Shown piece after piece: positions 9,792 to 20,700 of a stretch of DNA of 64,000 bases. The notes beneath the pieces were generated by a model. The model ran no database searches, was not told the origin of the DNA, and worked only from the letters and a program-made list of their open reading frames with translations. Every line of letters starts with the position of its first letter. The stretch's first letter is position 1. The stretch lies in the NCBI GenBank assembly GCA_964562885.1, contig CAZLVC010000003.1, positions 10,427 to 74,426 on the forward strand, written 5' to 3'. The stretch is from an uncultured Candidatus Peribacteria bacterium. Lineage in GTDB: Bacteria > Patescibacteriota > Gracilibacteria > Peribacterales > Peribacteraceae. The position numbers and the translations under genes were made by a program.

Positions 9792-10601
9792 ATGCTATGC
9801 TACGCGTCTCCTAAAAAGACTCTTATGATTTATCTTGTCGTCTTTTTTACTGCATTTGCAGGAATCACGTTGCTGTTTCTGGCCCGAATACTCCTAAAAA
9901 ACCGGTCTGTGCGTCAATTCGTACGTTCAATGCGCACGCGTCTTCACTCAACAACCCAGGATCTTTCTTCGCAAGAAAAAAAAGTAATAAAACCCCCACG
10001 TAATCCTCGAACATCTGCAATTGAACTGCAAAAAGTACGATCACTGATGCGCTCAGTTGAAAAAGAAATAGCACTACAAAACTTTGTAGAAGCAGAGTAT
10101 CTGCTCATTCAGGCCCTTACTATTCATCCACATGCAACGGAAACACAAGCCGAGCTTGCGAAGCTGTACCTTACAACTGGCCGAGAAGCAAAAGCTGAAG
10201 CCCTGTATAAAGAACTATTGCAACATAAAAAAGACGTATCTTTCTATGCGAATTTGGGCCTAGCCTACTACATGCAGGCAAAATATTTCGACGCATGTTT
10301 TGCCTACCAGGAAGCGTTAAATTTAGATCCTCAAACACCGGAACGATCCGCAGCACTTGGTCGTGCCTGCATTGCAGCACGACGCTTTAGTGATGCGGCA
10401 CCACTGCTTGAAAAAGCTATTTCGCGATTATCACGCGATACCGAACTTTTGCATCTACTTGCAGAATGCTACGTGCAACTTGGCGAAAATGCCAAAGCAG
10501 AAGATGCCTACCGTCGCATCAATAAAATTGAGCCATATAACGAAGGTGTGAAACAGAAAATTTCTGATCTGACAGCAAAAAAAACAGCACCAACGATCTA
10601 A
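9792..10601 (+). CDS. TPR-repeat protein with N-terminal TM anchor
   Basis: Hydrophobic N-terminus (IYLVVFFTAFAGITLLFLARILL) followed by about five 34-aa TPR-like units (…AEALYKELLQ…, …ACFAYQEALNLDPQ…, …AEDAYRRINKIEP…). Confidence 0.7.
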   Translation: MLCYASPKKTLMIYLVVFFTAFAGITLLFLARILLKNRSVRQFVRSMRTRLHSTTQDLSSQEKKVIKPPRNPRTSAIELQKVRSLMRSVEKEIALQNFVEAEYLLIQALTIHPHATETQAELAKLYLTTGREAKAEALYKELLQHKKDVSFYANLGLAYYMQAKYFDACFAYQEALNLDPQTPERSAALGRACIAARRFSDAAPLLEKAISRLSRDTELLHLLAECYVQLGENAKAEDAYRRINKIEPYNEGVKQKISDLTAKKTAPTI

Positions 10602-10677
10602 AAAGTAATCGTCAATTCTTTCTAATTGCTACTTCTGGTTTCTTCTCCTGCTCTCGACAGGTATTGTGTCGGTATTC

Positions 10678-12924
10678 ATGAAACTTCCTCCACTTACTTT
10701 TTTTGTTTTCGATACCGAAACAACTGGTTTTGTACCAAAGGTACATAAAGTCATCGAATTTGCATCCATCACCTATGTACAGGAAGAAGAAATTCATGAA
10801 TTTGAACAGCTTTTTTCGCTACCAGCAGAGAAGGAGATCCCTCCGGCTATTGAAGTATTAACAAGAATTCAATCGAGAGATCTGCACTTAAAACCTACAT
10901 TTAGTGAAGTACTGCCTCGTATGAGGCAATTACTACCTTCGGACGCAATACTTGTAGGCCAAAATATTGGCTTTGATATTAGTATGTTAAAAGGTGAAGG
11001 ATGGGACCTTTCGACGTTACCATATATTGATACCTCAATGCTTGCATCTATTGCCTTCCCTGAACTTGAAAGTTATTCGCTTGGCTACGTAAGCGCAGTA
11101 CTAAAGCTGCCACACGACCCACCACACCGAGCACTTGGCGATGCACGAGCAACACTGGCTCTCCTTGAAGCATGTACGAAACGCTTTTGCTCGCTGCCGG
11201 AAGCGACCCTTGCAAAATTACAAGTATTAGCAGACCGCGGTCCGGCTGGATATCAAAAATATTTTGATGCATTAACATCTGAAGGAACGACCCAACCTAA
11301 TTGGCTTCATCGTAATCATCGTGTGAAAAAAAAGAAAAAACAAACAAGCTCACCAGAACAGGAATATGGGAAAATTTTTCTACAAGAAGAAGGAATAGCA
11401 TCACAAGGAAAAAATATTCTTGAATTACTAGAAAAAAAAGATACATGGCTTGCTGTGAAGAACATCGATGTATATCAACAAAAAAATACATTAACTACAC
11501 CGATAATGTATGAACCGGAACGAATAGTTTCGCCTACGAATGTTCGTAAATTTTTCGCGCAAAAAAAATTCCATCCTGACGAAGTAACCCTCGCCATAAA
11601 AATGGAACTCTATCAGCCCGACGTACAATCCGACCTTCCGCTTCATGGAGAGGAATACAAAGTTTTTGCTGCTAAAATTGCATGTCGATACGATGATCCG
11701 CAGTACCTACAAGTAATAGACGAAGGCGTAGAAGGGTCGGCAATTCTTTCCCATGAGCACCTATTAATGCTTGCGGTAAGTGAGGAACCCATTTTTTCGC
11801 CTCATCTTTCTGTTGTCATCGATGATGCGTCAATGCTGGAAGATACCGCAACAAGTGCACTAACGTGGTCGTGTTCAATACCTCGCATTCGTGCAGCAGC
11901 ACAAGGAGATTCTCACCTAACTGAATGTGTCGACAGTGTAGAATTATGGATGGAACGAATGCGAAACGAACAAGATGTACGATACATCGCACCGTCCGAT
12001 ATTGATGCTCAATCAACAAGTGAATTGAAGAAAGCTATTTCTGAGCTTCTTACTGAAAAAACAAACACACTACCTGCGCTACTAGAGTCGTCGTTCCGTG
12101 ATGTACTTCGTATACTGGACCATGCAAACTTAAACGATCGCATCACGTGGATCGAGGTACAGCGCGAAGGAAGTAAAACACTAAGGTCAGTGCCACTGAA
12201 TATTGCAGATACGTTAGAAAAACTCCTCTATAGTCGTGCCTCAGTAACGCTGCTAGTGCCACCTAAAAGCAAGGATAGATTGCAGACGATTGTTCCATCG
12301 ACCATGCCAATGGAATCACTTCCTGCGCTAGTAAATGATATGTCAGTTGATCTACGTATTGAAACGCCGATCAACAAAACCCTGGACGACATCTTTCATC
12401 ATCCTATCGGCAAGACCATTGTGTTAGTAAATAGCAAAAAAACAATTGAAGATATGTTTATTAAACATGCAATTTCAATGGAAGAAAAAGGAATTACACT
12501 AATCTGTCAGGGGTTTTCGGGTGGACAAGGGCGTATGAGCGCAGAATTCGTTGCAGCTAAAAGCCCAGCTTTCTTAGTGATGACACCATGGTCATTTGAG
12601 GGATTGCATCTTGCGCCTGCATCCGTCAATCAACTGGTAATTCAAGCACTGCCTTTCGATCATCCGTCACATGCTGTCGTTAGTCGGCGTGCAGCGCAGT
12701 ATCGAAATGGATTTGCCGATTACTCATTTCCACGCTTGCTTCATCGTCTATTTAGGATTCTAAGGCATTTTAAGGAAGGGAGTACGAAGAATGCAACTTG
12801 CGTTGTGCTAGATGAAAGACTGCGAACAAAAAGTTATGGAAAAGAAACACTAACATACTTACAATCACTTTGTGCTCCACAAGAGAAAAAAAGTGATGGC
12901 AGCGCACAATTGACTTTATTATAA
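10678..12924 (+). CDS. DnaQ-type 3'-5' exonuclease fused to a DinG-like helicase-fold domain with degenerate motifs
   Basis: Exo motifs FVFDTETTGF, GQNIGFDISML and HRALGDARATLAL. The C-terminal part resembles DinG (VVIDDASMLED; TIVLVNSKK; ALPFDHP...VVLDERLRTKSYGKETLTYL). No GxxxxGK[ST] Walker A is visible. Position 10666 is a GTG; the ATG at 10678 is preferred. Confidence 0.7.
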   Translation: MKLPPLTFFVFDTETTGFVPKVHKVIEFASITYVQEEEIHEFEQLFSLPAEKEIPPAIEVLTRIQSRDLHLKPTFSEVLPRMRQLLPSDAILVGQNIGFDISMLKGEGWDLSTLPYIDTSMLASIAFPELESYSLGYVSAVLKLPHDPPHRALGDARATLALLEACTKRFCSLPEATLAKLQVLADRGPAGYQKYFDALTSEGTTQPNWLHRNHRVKKKKKQTSSPEQEYGKIFLQEEGIASQGKNILELLEKKDTWLAVKNIDVYQQKNTLTTPIMYEPERIVSPTNVRKFFAQKKFHPDEVTLAIKMELYQPDVQSDLPLHGEEYKVFAAKIACRYDDPQYLQVIDEGVEGSAILSHEHLLMLAVSEEPIFSPHLSVVIDDASMLEDTATSALTWSCSIPRIRAAAQGDSHLTECVDSVELWMERMRNEQDVRYIAPSDIDAQSTSELKKAISELLTEKTNTLPALLESSFRDVLRILDHANLNDRITWIEVQREGSKTLRSVPLNIADTLEKLLYSRASVTLLVPPKSKDRLQTIVPSTMPMESLPALVNDMSVDLRIETPINKTLDDIFHHPIGKTIVLVNSKKTIEDMFIKHAISMEEKGITLICQGFSGGQGRMSAEFVAAKSPAFLVMTPWSFEGLHLAPASVNQLVIQALPFDHPSHAVVSRRAAQYRNGFADYSFPRLLHRLFRILRHFKEGSTKNATCVVLDERLRTKSYGKETLTYLQSLCAPQEKKSDGSAQLTLL

Positions 12925-12940
12925 GAGTTTTCTCAAAAAT

Positions 12941-13195
12941 ATGACGACATCACCAGAAACCCCCAATAAACCTGAAACAAAAAAAGCCTTTTTGAGAGTT
13001 GAAAATTATCTCTCTGAAATAGTAACAATCGCGATCGTCATGAGTGTGACAAGGGATATTTATCGAAATGGATTACTGAGTAATTTGGAAAGACCTGAAA
13101 TAATTCCGGTGGGAATTCTTGGAGCACTTGGTATTGCATCAGTCATGGCAAAAATAAGAAATCGCTATAAAAAAATAATCAAAAATGATGATTGA
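12941..13195 (+). CDS. Small two-TM hypothetical protein
   Basis: 84-aa ORF with two hydrophobic segments. No recognisable family. Confidence 0.4.
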   Translation: MTTSPETPNKPETKKAFLRVENYLSEIVTIAIVMSVTRDIYRNGLLSNLERPEIIPVGILGALGIASVMAKIRNRYKKIIKNDD

Positions 13196-13257
13196 TTACC
13201 CTATTTAGTCAAACGATCAATGATTGAATAGCAAGAGCGATACGCTATCATCGTACT

Positions 13258-14652
13258 ATGAAACGATCTGAAATACTTTTTGGTCTGACAAAAATTCCTC
13301 TGGATGGCTTAGCTTGCTTAAGTGCGCTAGTCCTTGCGTATATTTTACGTACGAAGCAAATAGATTTACTGCCCGCTATTCAACTTCTCTTAGAGCCCAG
13401 TGCGCTACCGCCACTGCCGTATTACCTCACACATTTTACGCTACCTGCTACGTTCGTATTTATTGCAATTTCAAGTCTACTAGGGCTCTATTCTCTACAA
13501 ATAACCCGAGGACCATGGAAGGAAGTAGGAGGAGTATTGTTCGCATCAATCATTTGGGTCGGAATGATAATGGGTTGGTACTTCTTAGTACAAAAACAAT
13601 TATTTTTCTCACGAATTCTGTTGGTGCAAGCAACCGTATTTACCACCATTTTCGTCGTCGTAGGACGCAGCTTAGTAACAATTATTCAACGAGTACTTCT
13701 TCGGAGAGGAATAGGGCAACGAACTGTACTGTACTGTGGCCCCCTCCCAATGCCAATACTAGTACAAGAAGCGCTGGAAAAAGATGAGCGATATGCCGTC
13801 ATTGAAAGTAAAGAAATAGCTGAAGAAGTGGTACAAAAATGTAAGTATCAACCAATCGATTTCATTCTTCATGTTGATTCAAATTCCACGAGCACTGAAA
13901 CACTGCATCTTGCAGAATTTGCGCGCAGTCATCACATCGAGTATGCATGTATTCCTACAGTGTTTCTTTCAACTCCGCACCTTTTAAGACTTGAATTTAT
14001 AGGTCTGCAACCAATACTACGATTAGTGCCAACCCCGCTCGATGGATGGGGACGTGTAGCAAAACGTATCATTGACATTATGACTGCCCTCATTCTTCTG
14101 TTAGTACTATCTCCTTTATTCGTTATTATTTCTCTTTGCATTCTCCTTGCATCAGGTAAGCCCATTTTTTATAGGAGCAGAAGAATCGGTCAATATGGTA
14201 AATCAGAAATTCCTCTCTTAAAATTTAGAACCATGATTCAAAACGCTGATGAACTTAAGCACACAATGCATCACTTAAGTCATCGATCAGATGGACCCCT
14301 CTTTAAAATTAAAAACGATCCGCGTGTGTACCCCTTTGGTCGGCTTCTGCGACGATATAGTTTGGATGAATTACCGCAGCTTTTCAATGTTCTGTCTGGT
14401 CATATTTCACTTGTAGGACCTAGGCCACATTTATCGGAAGAGGTAGCAAAGTATAAAGATGACGATCGACGTGTGTTAAGCGTACGTCCAGGAATAACGG
14501 GCTTATCGCAAATTTCAGGACGATCCAATTTGTCATTTGAAGAAGAAATTCAATTAGATACACGCTATATTGAAGAATGGTCTATACTTTTTGATTTGTG
14601 GATCATCTGGCGAACAATTTTTGTGGTACTTGCAGGAAAAGGAGCCGATTAA
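13258..14652 (+). CDS. Polyprenyl-phosphate sugar phosphotransferase (WbaP/EpsB-type bacterial sugar transferase)
   Basis: Multi-TM N-terminus. C-terminal catalytic domain: KRIIDIMTALILLLVLSPLFVII...GKPIFYRSRRIG...LLKFRTM...DELPQLFNVLSGHISLVGPRP. Confidence 0.85.
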   Translation: MKRSEILFGLTKIPLDGLACLSALVLAYILRTKQIDLLPAIQLLLEPSALPPLPYYLTHFTLPATFVFIAISSLLGLYSLQITRGPWKEVGGVLFASIIWVGMIMGWYFLVQKQLFFSRILLVQATVFTTIFVVVGRSLVTIIQRVLLRRGIGQRTVLYCGPLPMPILVQEALEKDERYAVIESKEIAEEVVQKCKYQPIDFILHVDSNSTSTETLHLAEFARSHHIEYACIPTVFLSTPHLLRLEFIGLQPILRLVPTPLDGWGRVAKRIIDIMTALILLLVLSPLFVIISLCILLASGKPIFYRSRRIGQYGKSEIPLLKFRTMIQNADELKHTMHHLSHRSDGPLFKIKNDPRVYPFGRLLRRYSLDELPQLFNVLSGHISLVGPRPHLSEEVAKYKDDDRRVLSVRPGITGLSQISGRSNLSFEEEIQLDTRYIEEWSILFDLWIIWRTIFVVLAGKGAD

Positions 14653-14718
14653 AGGGAACGTAGATTGGTGAAATGCGCATTCTCGAATGATACGGAAATA
14701 ACCTGAAATGAAGCTCGC

Positions 14719-17700
14719 TCATTGCAAGACTTGGAGGGCATACCTCACCTTAAGAGCACGCAAAATCATTGCACCAAATTCGGCGCGTGTAATGGTTTGG
14801 TCGGGACGAAATGTTCCGTCGCCATACCCTGTCACCACTTCTAGAAAAGCTGCTTGACGAATAATCTCAAAACGACGATGAGCGGAAGTCAAATCCGAAA
14901 AACTCATCATAAAACTCTCTGGGACCTTTGGCGACAAACAGCTTGCCGTAAGAACGAGTGGTACTGCTACCGCTCGCGTAAGCTCTTGATACGGTTCCGT
15001 TGCATCGAGATACTGCGACAATCCATAGGCCTCGGCTTGCTCGATATACGGCTCATACCAACGATCACCAATCGGGTCAGGTCGTAGTGGCTCCTTTGCG
15101 GCACGGAAAAGCATAGCGGCTCCCTCGGCATAGTTAACAACGCGCTCTGGCTCGAAACGATACAAGCTCTTCCCCTGAGTATCGCGCATACCATGAACGA
15201 CTTCACCTTTAGTTAAGAGCTGAATGGGATGGAAATACCAAGAACTCTTCCCTACATCCGTGTAGGGAATATCTGCAGCTAAGAGTTTTTTTATATCGAG
15301 ATGATCGATACATTTTCCTTGATAATCCGTCGAGGGAAATTCGACTCCTTGTAGACGATTAGCAAAGGCCTGAATTTCTGTATTTGAGAACATTCCCTGA
15401 CCGTTAACTTCCTCTACTGGCGAAGAAGGAGTAAGCGTAGATACGCTTGTAAAACTGCCTGGTGCACCATAACGACGACTACCTCCTCCTCCACCTCCAG
15501 ATATGGACGTACCACCAGATATATACGATGCGGGAATCGTAAAAGATGAATTATTTCCAGCGAGATCAGTTGCCAGAGCTGAAATAGTATGAGTACCTCT
15601 TGAAAGAGTAGAAACCGTAATGTTATAAAGGCCACCAATACAAGCTGCTGATCCAACTGCTATAGCACCATCATAAATCGAAATAAGATCGCCCGTTGAA
15701 CATGTGCCACTAAACATTGGAGTATCTGTTAATGAATTATTCGTTGTAGGCACCGAAGGAGTGACTGGCGCTATTAAATCAACTTGTATTGTTAGTCCGC
15801 CGGAAACAGGTGATCCATTACCAAGCGTGTCGTACTGTATGGCAGTAAGGGTATAGTGCCCATCGATCAAGGTAGAGAGCGTTATGCTTGCAGACCCTGC
15901 TACGCAAGTTCCTGTGCCAAGAAGAGTAGTGCCAGAATAGATAGAGACTGTCCGTGTCGATTCGCAGTTAAGCGTAACTAATGGGGTAGAATCATTCGTA
16001 AGATTATCCGTCGAAGAAGACCCGGTATCAGAGGAAGAATCTAAATCAGGTGTTCCTGGTACGCCAGGCGGAGCCGTATCGATCGTGACAATGAGTGCAG
16101 ATGAAGTTGGCGAAAGGTTGCCAGCAACATCAGTTTGCGTCACGGTGAAAGTGTAACTTCCATCAATAAGGGTAGAGCTAGTAATGCTAACCGTACCACC
16201 AGTGCATACACCTGTGCCAAGGAGTGTTGCCCCTGAATAGAGACGGACGGTAGCGCCCGACTCGCAGCTGACATCAAATGTCGGGGTTGCATCCGTCGTA
16301 ACATTATCTGTTGTAGACGCACCAGTATCCGAACCCGATTGTAAATCCGGAGTACCAGGTGCCGAAGGTGAAAGCGTATCAATTGTGACTGGTAATCCGC
16401 CAGAGGTACTAGAAACGTTACCAGCTGGATCTTCCTGTTTTGCTGTAAGAGTATGTAAACCATTCATGAGAGTAGAAAGAGTCACGCTAGCTACACCAGA
16501 AACACAAGTAGCTGAACCAAGAGCAGTAGCACCTTCGTACACTGTGACAATCGTGCCAGCCTCGCAACTAACGCTTACTGTCGGCGTATCGTCATTCGTG
16601 ATGTCATCTGTATCTAAATCTCCTCCATCGGTATCGGGACTAAGGTCAGGCGTACCGGGAGCGGAGGGAGCAACGGTATCAATAACCGTAAAGGTAAAGC
16701 TCGTCGAAAGGGGTCCAGCATTTTCGCGACTGTTAATGGTGTAGGACCCTTCACCTAAGTCGGTAGTAATTGTAAGGGCAATAGTGGCAGTTCCTGGACA
16801 TACACCACTCGCCAAGAGCGTGGCACCAGACATAATATCAACCGTAGCACCTACCGTACATGTAATATTAAATGTGGGTGTTGTATCAGCTGTAATGTTA
16901 TCACTATTCGAAACACCCGTATCCGAACCCGAATCGAGATCAGGGGTACCAAGTGGAGGCTGAATATCGACCGTAACCACAACTGTAGCTGTGGGACTTT
17001 GATTTCCTGCAGGATCAAACTGTTTGACAGTAATGGTATTACTTCCAGTAGTGCCACCATTCCATGTAACAGGAATGGAAAATGTTCCTGCTACACAGCT
17101 GCCCGTAACTGAACTAACAAGACTTGGGCTACTTACTTGCACGGTTTCGCCTGTAACGCACGTACCTACAACAATTGTGGGATTATTGACAGTATCCACG
17201 ACCGTCGGTGATGTGATTCCCGGAGCTGCCGATGGAGTAGTATCAATCGTAATTGATAATGGACCTGCAGCAGGCGAGATGTTCCCAGCGGGATCTTGTT
17301 GGTCGATCATAAGCGGATAAACACCATCTGCTAAAGCAGGGGAAACGATCAGGGTCACCGTTCCGCCAGCAGTACACGTGCCACTGGCAACAATTGTAGC
17401 GCCAGAGAGGAGCCTTACAATCGCGCCTGGTTCACAGCTAGTCACGTCGAATGTCGGCGTGGTATCGGACGTAATATTATCAATAGAAGACGTTCCAGTA
17501 TCGGAGCCCGATTGTAAATCGGGAAGTGAAGGAGAAATTGGAGGAGTTCCATCAATAATCACGATCAAGCCTGCAGAAGATGGTGAGGTAAAGCCAATTG
17601 AATCTCGTTGCAATGCAGTGAAAGAATACGATCCATCAGATAGTCCACTAGGAAGAGTAATGGTGACGGTACCAGCAACACAAGTTCCAGATTCTACAAG

Positions 17701-20700
17701 GAGCACTCCTGCATACAGCTCGACCGTAGTACCTGTCTCGCACGTGATGGTAAAGCTGGGTGTAGTATCAGATGTCGCATTATCAGTCGGCGAAATACCT
17801 GTATCGGAACCGGCTTGAAGGTCAGGCGTGCCCGGAGCAGCAGGGACACCTGTATCAATAATCACTACTAAGCTACCCGACGTCGGTGACGAATTACCTG
17901 CAGTATCCGTTTGTAAGGCGGTAAAGGTGTACGTGCTGCTGCTTAGACTTACGGAAGTAATACTCACAGTGCCACCAACACAGCTACCGGTTCCAAGCAA
18001 CGTTGCACCAGAGTAGAGGGATACCGTAGTGCCCGTGACACACACAATATCGAATGTTGGAGTATCATCACTTGTCGCATTATCCGTGCTCGACGAACCA
18101 GTATCCGAGCCAGATTGAAGGTCGGGCGCACCTGTGATAACTGGCGGAGTAGCATCAATAGTAATGGTAAGAACAGATGACAAAGGGCTAAAACCACCGC
18201 CCGTATCTTGTCGTGCTGTAATACTATAAGTACCATCAACAAGCGGAGGAGTAACCGTCAATGAAATTGTGCCACCAACTGAACAGGTACCTGTAGCGAG
18301 AAGAGTAGCTCCAGAAAGAATTTCGACTGTCGCACCTGCAGTACATGAAACATCAATCGTCGGTGTTGTGTCATTGGTTAAATCATCCGAAGGGGAACTG
18401 CCTGTATCAGAACCAGATTGAAGATCGGGCGTTCCGGGAGCAGTACTAGCCGTGGTAATAGTCACCGAAAGAGCACTTGAACTAACCGAAATATTCCCAG
18501 CTGCATCGGTTTGTGTCGCTGTAATGGGATACACACCAGCCACTAAAAAAGGGCTCGTAATGTTCACAGTTCCAGCTACACACGTACCGGAACCCAAAAG
18601 TATCGCACCCGAGTATAGCTGAACAGTCGCCCCCGTTTCACAAGCTATATCGAACGTCGGTGTGGTATCAGTCGTCACATTGTCTGTATTAGACCCACCA
18701 GTATCCGAGCCAGAGAGGAGATCGGGCGTACCTGGAGCTGCCGGAATGTTACCGTCAATTACTATCCCTTTGTTGTTACCAAGGGAACCTGCTACCCCCG
18801 GACTTGCCAATGTTAATGTAGCTGGTGTACCGCCCGTCGTAGCGTTGATCGTCCCACCGTTTAATTCCAAACTAGTAGTAGCTGTAGCATCAAGATCGGC
18901 AGTAACATCACCTGCTTGTACGGTGTATTGAAATGTCAACGTTGTTCCAGGAGAACCCGAAACAAATGTAGCGTAACGATCGGTTGCACCCGTTTCGAGG
19001 AGGATGCGCGGTATTCCCGTTACCGTTACCGATGTATCAAAAGTAATTTGTACTGAAATAACTTGCCCAAGGCCATAGGTTCCATTCGTCGTTGACGATG
19101 TGACATTTGTGACCACCGGAGCCGAAGCAGTAAACCAATTCATTGTGTTTCCGCCGTTAATTGAATTTGACGGATTAACAGGAAAAACCGCTGCAGAACC
19201 TCCCGTTTTCGTAATCGCGTTATCGGTGATATCCAAAAATACACGAATAGCCCCTAAATTGGCCGAAGCTCCAGAAAGTAAAAAATCGGCCTGATTTCCA
19301 CCCGAATTAGAAACAATATTCAAGCGATCATCTGCATCTAATCCCCTAAGTGACAAAGTATTAGTGACGGTCTGTACTGCACTGTGGTCTAGGGTCAGGG
19401 TACAATCGGTGGCATCATTACTCGCCTCATTTTTTGACAGACTATAAAACGTAGTGGACCCTGTCTTTGTCTGGTTACAACCATCGAGTGTGACAGTTGA
19501 AGTACTTGGAGTAAAGGTACCACCGGTATGTGTAAAGTCACCAGCTAGTAGTAATGATGTTGTGACGCTCATCGAGCCACTCGATAGTATAAGAGCTCCA
19601 TTCACATCGAAATTAGAACCACTGACTACGCCACCTGAGATCATCAAATTACTATTATGCGTTTGCAATACCGTGCTCCCGTTATAAGTTCCACCTGAAA
19701 TCGTTACAACTCCCGTCACAGTTGTCGCAAAGTTATTGGAATTATATGTCCCTTGAGTAACCTCAAAGCTACCCAGCATTGTTGTGCCTGCAATTGCGCG
19801 AAATGTATCGTTCGTATCAGCACTAGCAATGCGAAGATTGTAAAAATCATTAATCCCAAAATTAGCTACATTAAAGTTGTCAGCAAGGCCATCGCCATCT
19901 CCACGATACTCAAAAGTACCAGAATCAATATCGTTTACGAAAGTGAGCGTCTCCGAACCGCGTAAGCGAAAGGTGCCGTTATTGCTGAGGGTACCGATAC
20001 TGATATTCTGTCCATTAATGAACAGTGTGGCTGAAGGCTGAATGGTAATGGTGCGAGACGAAGCATTAAGAGCAACCCCTCCGGACAATGTCACTACGCC
20101 AACTGTGTTAGCAACGATGATATTGCTATTAGCGGCAGCAGCTCCAAAGCGCAACATTTGGATGGGAGATGTACCATCGAATGTCAAACTGGTGCCAGCT
20201 GTGCTGGAAAACGAGCCTAAGTTTATAAATTCTGATGTCGCTTGTGTTGTACCACCAACGGTAATCGCATTAGCTGCTGCTGTCAGATTCCCTCCAGCTT
20301 GAATACGCACGCCTCCGTTAAGATCTAATGGCACTCCGGGAGTAAATTGCTTCCCAGTCCAAACGATAAGCTTTTTATCTGTACCCGTGACAAAGCTAGC
20401 ACCATCCGCGTAGATAGCTGTAATTTCGGGGTCCCCGTCATTGGCCGTGTTGAGGTTGGCATGTGTAAGTGCAGCCACAGTTTCACTTCGCACGATGAGA
20501 CGATCTTGATAAATATGCAAATTCGTGATGTTTGCAGTTGAACCACGTGTCACCGTCACACCTAGTTCGGCACCATCTAAGTGCACGGTAATAATGTCGT
20601 TGTTTCCAAATTTAGGAGCTGCAAAATAATATGCTCCAGTCGAGGTAGTAAGTGTTGTTAAGGCAGAAGAACCATTAATGAGTAAACGTACCGTTCGTCC

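Noticed and set aside
13314-13787. 157-aa plus-strand ORF overlapping the sugar transferase gene in another frame. Similar internal ORFs occur at 25147..25617, 27845..28327, 35662..36132 and 53790..54251.
   Set aside because: Each is fully contained within a longer ORF with strong family motifs (sugar transferase, flippase, aspS, lspA, dnaE), and each has an unusual R/S/C-rich composition.
16385-17818. Several 100-146-aa plus-strand ORFs (16385..16744, 17024..17320, 17378..17818) and minus-strand off-frame ORFs inside the giant surface gene.
   Set aside because: They lie entirely antisense or out of frame within a 7.3-kb intact ORF that has clear domain repeats. Their low-complexity P/V/S/T-rich translations are typical of shadow ORFs in repetitive, compositionally biased coding DNA.
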